Source: Eledone cirrhosa
Lineage: Eukaryota
Reading direction: 5' to 3'
NCBI GenBank assembly: GCA_964016885.1
Contig: OZ024740.1
Coordinates: 190,836,001-190,900,000 of the forward strand
Length of the DNA stretch: 64,000 nt
Below are positions 57,210-64,000 of the stretch, one piece after another. Position 1 is the stretch's first letter, and each line of letters opens with the position of its first letter. Both the position numbers and the translations under genes were made by a program. The notes beneath the pieces were generated by a model. That model was not told the DNA's origin, searched no databases, and saw only the letters and a program-made list of their open reading frames with translations.

Positions 57210-57982
57210 GAATATAAAATGAAAGTGTTTTTATAAAGGAATTTATTAGGTATTGACATATGTTTCTGTAACAGACGGAATACCTATGTATCGCTGCTTG
57301 CGTAATCGTATAATGTTAGCAAGTATTCGATAGCAAATGTATAATCAGTTGTCACTTCTTCAGAGATATTGGATAAATTGGAGAAAATCAGAAAAATCAA
57401 AGTATTTATATTAGTTGTAATTTGCTGGTAAACAAGTATATAGAATGTTTTTAATGAGAATATAATGAGTATATGGCTTATTTTATCTAAATAAGAATTT
57501 TTGGGAGTGCCTATTTTAATCATTATTTGACCAATTGAACAATGGACAGGGCTGGGCGTTTGGTGTAGTAGTATTAATACAGACGACCAGCCCTGTCCAT
57601 TGATCAATTGGTCAAATATAGATTAAAATAAGCACTCCCAAAAATTCTTATTTAGGTAAAATAAGCCATATACTCATTGTATTCTCATTAAAAACTTTCT
57701 ATATACTTGTTTACTAGCAAATTGAATTGCCATCTGTCATATACTATCCCTTCTCTTCTTCCTTTCTTACAACTAATATAAATATTTTGATTTTTCGGAT
57801 TTTCTCCGATTTATCCAAAATCTCTGAAGAAGTGACAACTGATTATACATTTGCTATCGAATACTTGCTAACATTATATGATTACGCAAGCAGCGATACA
57901 TAGGTATTCCGTCTGTTACAGAAACATATGTCAATACCTAATATATTGCTTTATAACGCACTTTCATTTTATATTCATCTTT
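57201..57982. mobile_element. Fold-back pLTR-like element (arms 57201-57555 and 57587-57982) with an HHR-like core in each arm
   Basis: Arms are reverse complements. + copy at 57824-57932 reads CTGAAGA-aGTGACA...TGTTACa-GAAAC ATAT GTC. The - copy is at 57255-57363. Canonical stem I is not evident. Confidence 0.75.
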
Positions 57983-58092
57983 TCAACATTTTCTCCGGAA
58001 TATAATTTATACTCGTTGAGCAAACCTACATGTACGTTGTTCATCTCTAACGTGACGATATGTTATCACTACATTATTGATAACTTGAAATG

Positions 58093-58166
<74 letters not shown>

Positions 58167-58169
58167 CAA

Positions 58170-58284
58170 CTGATGAATTATAGGAGCCCACTTGAATATA
58201 TATCTATTGAGGGTATACAAGCTCCTACATAAATTGGTATAATTTCACCCAAATTGTAGGAATCCTATAATGAAACGAGACGTC
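58170..58284 (+). ncRNA. HHR core with branched stem II, 5' strand of stem I lost
   Basis: CTGATGA-ATTATAGGA...TCCTATAAT-GAAA CG AGA CG TC: perfect 9-bp stem II, GUC site. Starts 6 nt after a (TA)n tract. Confidence 0.7.
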
Positions 58285-58471
58285 CGTCCGGGAAAGGATA
58301 TATTAGATATGTCTCATATGAAATAATACAGCCAATTTTCCACGCAATCCTTTTAGTTAGCACCCGACCGCTTAATTGGGAATATAATCACTGATTTCCT
58401 AATGTTTGTTGAGTGAGTTGGAATTTGGCCGGAGTATCGCCTAAAAAGCTTTCTCCGATATCGTATTTATT

Positions 58472-58530
<59 letters not shown>

Positions 58531-58598
58531 TTTGTTTAGCAAGATTCTTTATCTGAAAACATGACCCTCCCAAAGTATAACAATATATATATATATAT

Positions 58599-59391
58599 AC
58601 ATTATATACATTGGACGGATAGGTGTCCTCATCTTGTTTTGTTGTTAACACAGCGTTTCGCCTTATGTACTCTCCAGCCTTCATCAGGTGTCCTAGTGAT
58701 GTTATTATTAACGTTTGTTCAGGTCACTGCCTATAATTGTACTAGGAATCTTGAGGTTAGTAGCCCGCTTTTTAACCACTTTTTTTTTCCCGTGATTATT
58801 TTTTTTTTCTCGTGAATGTTTAGGGCTTATAAAGCGATATTTTTCCATCCTTCCTCAATACCGGTTTCCATATACTACTCATATCTACACTAGGAGGTTA
58901 TCGTGTCCTAGAATATGTGCTGCCTCTTTTAGTTTTCGTGTTTTCCAGTGGTGTTCTCTGTCTATTATTTTAACTTCATCCCACAGGGGAAGTTTGTTTC
59001 CGTTTTTCCATACATGATCAGCTATACCCGATTTATCGATCTCTCCTCGTGTCAGCACATATGCTAGGACACAATAACCTCCTAAGCAGACGTTGTGCAG
59101 ATATCAGTATTATATGAGAACCAGTATTGAAGAAGGATAGAAAAATATCACTTTATGTGCCTTAACGTTTCACGAGAAAAAAAAAAAAAATAATAATCAC
59201 GTGGAAAAAAAGTGGTTAAAAAGCGGGCTACTAACTTCAGATTCCTAGTACAATTATAGGCAGTGACCTGAACAAACATTAATAATAACATCACTAGGAC
59301 AACTGATGAAGGCTGGAGAGTACATCAGCCGAAACGTTGTGTTATCAACAAAACAAGATGAGGACACCTATCCGTCCAATGTGTATAATGT
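58599..59391 (-). mobile_element. Penelope-like 3' fragment with 5' inverted pLTR
   Basis: Reverse translation of about 58893-59054: LTRGEIDKSGIADHVWKNGNKLPLWDEVKIIDREHHWKTRKLKEAAHILGHDNLL (GIY-YIG C-terminus). 58599-58922 is inverted at 59053-59391. Confidence 0.88.
59298..59343 (+). ncRNA. Minimal type I HHR (partner copy at 58647-58692 on -)
   Basis: GACAA(GACAC in the other copy)-CTGATGA-aGGCTG gagagtacat CAGCC-GAAAC GTT-GTGTT. The loopless ACGT stem III implies dimeric cleavage. Confidence 0.8.
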
Positions 59392-60261
59392 AAATAATTC
59401 CTCGTCTCAAAAATATAGAAGAATATATATATGGGGGGAGGGGGTGATGGTATATGATTTTAACGGAGAATCATCGGTCTGCGTCCGGATACACTCTTTA
59501 AGTGTATATTTCATAATATATCTTTGAGTTTCTAATAAATATCTGTGTGCTATCAAAACAAAGAGTGATTTATGATTTTTTATATAGTATTGTATTTTTG
59601 TTTTATGCATTGTTTTTCTCAAACCAAGTTGTAGTTACGCTAAAGATAAAACTAAATTTGAACATCAGTTAAGAAAGAAAGAAACATAAAATAAATTAAA
59701 TAGATACATGATATAAAACTTCGAACTTTAGCTTTGCAATGATAGTACAAACAATAAAAGAAATATGAGAGGAAAACATTTATTAAACATTTAGATGCAT
59801 TCATATTCAAATTATCCAATTAGGCTTTTTTGCCTTAGATTATACCTTATAGTAAGCAATAGATTTATATATATTTACATTTCTCTTTTTCTCATAAACT
59901 AAATATTTCACAAATCACCGACCTATCCATCCAATATTTTCAAGCTCACTTATTCGATTTTTTCATATATCTTTCATTGTTTTCTTTCTAAATAATTTTC
60001 TTTGTCTCTCCTTTCTGATATCTTTATTTTCACTTTGTATAAAGATGTAGGCGTCGCGTCTTTTATCTTCACAATATCTTAATAATCGCTGCCTTTTCTT
60101 TGAACTCTTTCCCTTAATAAAATCTTGGTTTTATTGAAACTGCATCTTAGAAATATTTTCGTCGGGGAGTTGTGTAAATCCACTCCTGTACATTCGTATG
60201 AGCGTGTATTTCAAACACACACAAGTAAATAAATACACTCAGAGTAACGGACACGCACAAG

Positions 60262-60318
<57 letters not shown>

Positions 60319-60388
60319 CACTCTCTCTACTCTCTATATCTCTATGTCTCTTTATCTCTCTCTCTCTTTATTAATATATATATATGTC

Positions 60389-60422
<34 letters not shown>

Positions 60423-60966
60423 CGTGTGTATGCATATATGGGTGAGTGCATGTATGTCTGTGTATATGAAAGTGATTTTATGTGTATTGAATACAAGTGC
60501 GTTCTAAGATACAAAGGCGGGTACTCTTTGGATAGAATTTATGTGTCGGTAAGCATAAACCACATTTAGTTAGAATGAGTAAATTTAACTGCAACATGTA
60601 CTAATCCTCCTCACTTTCTCTCTCTGTCAATCTATCTCTTTCGATCTCTCTCTCCCGCTAACGTTATCTATATATATGTATGTGTGGTTTGTGTTTATGC
60701 TTGTATATAGGAGTCTGTATATGACTTACTGATGTAAATAAAGAAAATGTATCCGGATTCTATTCCTGTTTAAGAGTATACTGCGATATTGTTTTATTGC
60801 AATTGGAATAATATTAAGGATTTATCTATATATTGCACACACTGTTCTGAGATGTCCTCTATTCATTACATCTTCGCCTATATATTCTGGCTCTTCAGAT
60901 TCATACATTGAAAAACGCATCTTAATTCGGCTGATTCTCATTTTTCCAAAATAAGATGCGGCTTAA

Positions 60967-61250
60967 ATGGGATTACACCGAAAAGTTTTTGGAGTAACGT
61001 TACTCGATAAAGTGCGTAGCTCGGAGATCAGAGAGTCACTCCAGGTGGAGCCGCTGCTTACTCGAAGTGTGAGAGTATAGCGCCCATAATATAGACATGT
61101 TGTTAGAATGTCTCAGGAAAGAACCCATGGGCAGATTTTACGGGCAAAGCAACATGTAGGAGATACAACGGTATACACGGAGCACCATGGTTGAATAAAA
61201 TCCATGAGCTTCGATCGTCACGCTGTGGGATCCAGCTGGATCAGATAGTG
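60967..61250 (+). mobile_element. Decayed RTE-clade LINE C-terminal fragment
   Basis: Translation RKVFGVTLLDKVRSSEIRESLQVEPLL..YRHVVRMSQER..WLNKIHEL, with stops. Confidence 0.8.
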
Positions 61251-61400
61251 ACGGTTTCTTTCTGAGTCCATAAATAGCCCTCGAAACGGCTTGAACTCTA
61301 CGGCGGGGTCATACATGTTCCTATAACCCACTCTACTACCCTAAGTGTTGAGTACACTGGTGCGTTATAGTCCATCTGGTTCCTTACCACACTTCCTTCG

Positions 61401-61454
<54 letters not shown>

Positions 61455-61762
61455 TTATAGAAATAACAATAATTGTGAAGATAAAAATTCGGAGAGGGCT
61501 CAATAAGAAATATATAAATTTAAATGATTTGATTAGGCATACACTGTATTTAAGATTGAGTGACACAAATTCAAGTGAATAGCAATCGTTAGACATCCTA
61601 ATCAATGAAACAATTGTTAATATTGTATATAAAACCTCGTTTGTACTGTTGTCCATGTTATTCTTCACTCTTTATATATAAAAAGATAGATTTCAGAAGA
61701 TCCCGTTATGGTCGAAAGCAGCAATTTTTGCTTACACTTATATCTGTTATTTTAATTTAATG

Positions 61763-61928
<166 letters not shown>

Positions 61929-61966
61929 GGGGGGGGAGGTGTAGGTATGTGTGTTTGGGTGGGTGG

Positions 61967-62014
<48 letters not shown>

Positions 62015-62247
62015 AAAAGGTAAGCAGAAATGACAAGACAATCATTACAGTATATGGAAGGAATATCTTAGGTTTATGCGTTACCGACGGTAATCTTTCA
62101 TCGTAAGAAAGAATGAGAAATTAGAAAGATTGTAGGGACGGGTAAGGCAGAATCGGAAAAAGATTTTGTCGAAAAATTAACAGGTCGATTCATGTTGCCA
62201 TCTCTTGGACACACTGCAACACCCCCCCCCCCACACACACGTGTATG

Positions 62248-62281
<34 letters not shown>

Positions 62282-62385
62282 AACGGGATAAATGAAACGA
62301 AATTTCATTTCCCACTCTTAGAACGGGTGTTACTTAAATATAAGTATCCACACGTACATACATATATGTATAAAGACGTACAGTA

Positions 62386-62438
<53 letters not shown>

Positions 62439-62577
62439 CATGCACACATATATACATGCACGTATGGATTCACCGAACATTTATTATAATGCTCGTTGTG
62501 TTTGTAAACATACATCCCTTATTAAGCAGTAGTGTCTAGCAACCATCGTTGCTCGTTTGTTCAACACTGACAAAGGA

Positions 62578-62620
62578 ACGCTGTACTAGTTTCAAGCTTA
62601 TTAGCTATCTTCAGCAACGT
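62578..62620 (-). ncRNA. Minimal type I HHR, intact
   Basis: Reverse strand ACGTTG-CTGAAGA-tAGCT aata AGCTt-GAAAC TA GTA-CAGCGT. Confidence 0.88.
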
Positions 62621-63052
62621 ATACCTTCCTGCCAGATTGTTGAACGTATATACTTACCTTATGCATATTAACGGCTGAGTAGCTCAATTTGCATATCGAG
62701 TGGGTTAATTGCTAGACACTACGGGTTAATACGGGATGTTTGTTTACAAACACACCGAGCATTATAATAAATGTTCGGTGAATCCATACGTGCATGTATA
62801 TGTGTGCATGTATGTATATATATATATATACATACTACTGTACGTCTGTATACATATATGAATGTACGTGTGGATACTTATATTTAAGTAACAGCCGTAA
62901 TAAGAGTGGGAAATTAAATTTCGTTTCATTTTTCCCGTTTATCATTTTAGGTGCACCCGGCCGATTAACCCACTCGATATGCAAATTGGGCTTATCGGCA
63001 GTTAATATGCATAAGGTAAGTATATACGTTCAACAATCTGGCAGGAAGGTAT

Positions 63053-63095
63053 ACATTGCTGATGATAGCTAATAAGATTGAAACTAGTATAGCGT
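63053..63095 (+). ncRNA. Minimal type I HHR, stems partly mutated
   Basis: ACATTG-CTGATGA-tAGCT aata AGATt-GAAAC TA GTA-TAGCGT. Confidence 0.75.
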
Positions 63096-63231
63096 TCCTT
63101 TGGCAGTGTTGAACAAACGAGCAACGATGGTTGCTAGACACTACGGCTTAATACGGGATGTTTGTTTACAAACACACCGAGCATTATAATAAATGTTCGG
63201 TGAATCCATACGTGCATGTAAATATGTGTGC

Positions 63232-63282
<51 letters not shown>

Positions 63283-63500
63283 CTACTGTACGTCTGTATA
63301 CATATATGTATGTACGTGTGGATACTTATATTTAAGTAACAGCCGTACTAAGAGTTGGAAATGAAATTTCGTTTCATTTTTCCCATTTATCGTTTTCGGT
63401 GCACCCGGCCGATTAACCCACTCGATATGCAAATTGGGCTACTCAGCCGTTAATATACATACGGTAAGTATATAGGTTCAACTATCTGGCAGTGAGGTAT

Positions 63501-63543
63501 ACCTTGCTGACGATAGCTAATAAGCTTGAAACTAGTACAGCGT
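63501..63543 (+). ncRNA. Minimal type I HHR
   Basis: ACCTTG-CTGACGA-tAGCT aata AGCTt-GAAAC TA GTA-CAGCGT. Confidence 0.82.
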
Positions 63544-63746
63544 TCCTTTGTCAGTGTTGAACAAATGAGCAACGATGGTTGTTAGACACTACGGCTTAAT
63601 ATGGGATGTTTGTTTACAAACACACCGAGCATTATAATAAATGTTCGGTGAATCCATACGTGCATGTATATATGTGTGCATGTATTTATATATATATACA
63701 TACTGCTGTACGCCTGTATACATATATGTATGTACGTGTGGATACT

Positions 63747-63842
<96 letters not shown>

Positions 63843-64000
63843 GACATACATACATATATATATTCATATTGTTCAATATACAGAGTTAATTTCGTGATAC
63901 CAATATATTTCAGATCTAAAGGGTATTTTTTAGCTATTGTGTTTCATTATACGATGTACTAAACAGAACTCGTGTATATTCATTCCATTCACCATTGCAT

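Larger units (their letters stand above)
62281..63752. mobile_element. Retrozyme-like array: one inverted unit (62281-62709) plus about 2.4 tandem units (starts 62709, 63131, 63579)
   Basis: Units of 422 and 448 nt differ mainly in an internal TA tract. One HHR per full unit, no ORF, microsatellite flanks. Confidence 0.85.

Noticed and set aside
62281-63752. CRISPR-like or simple satellite interpretation of the tandem array
   Set aside because: Eukaryotic context, no short repeat/unique spacer pattern, and whole units are homologous.

Overview
AT-rich eukaryotic intergenic or intronic DNA, dense in (TA)n/(CA)n/(GA)n microsatellites. The SINE types and repeat style suggest an octopod cephalopod (inference). 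No host protein-coding exon can be supported, and most track ORFs are microsatellite translations. Recognisable content: a disabled hAT transposase with its 3' TIR (1-1843), at least seven Penelope-like element (PLE) remnants (RT and/or GIY-YIG), RTE-LINE ends, tRNA-derived SINEs, Helitron-like pieces and many fold-back inverted repeats. The main hidden signal is RNA. Reading by eye gives about 24 type I hammerhead ribozyme (HHR) motifs in roughly 13 sequence families, several with fully paired stems. Most sit in PLE pseudo-LTRs. Three loci (15010-15640, 31620-32410, 62281-63752) are ORF-free tandem units of about 420-490 nt with one HHR per unit, so they are candidate retrozymes (circular-RNA-producing non-autonomous retroelements). 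Two of them are divergent relatives with compensatory stem changes and a conserved ATGCAAAT octamer. All alignments and folds were done by eye, and boundaries are approximate unless a motif is quoted.
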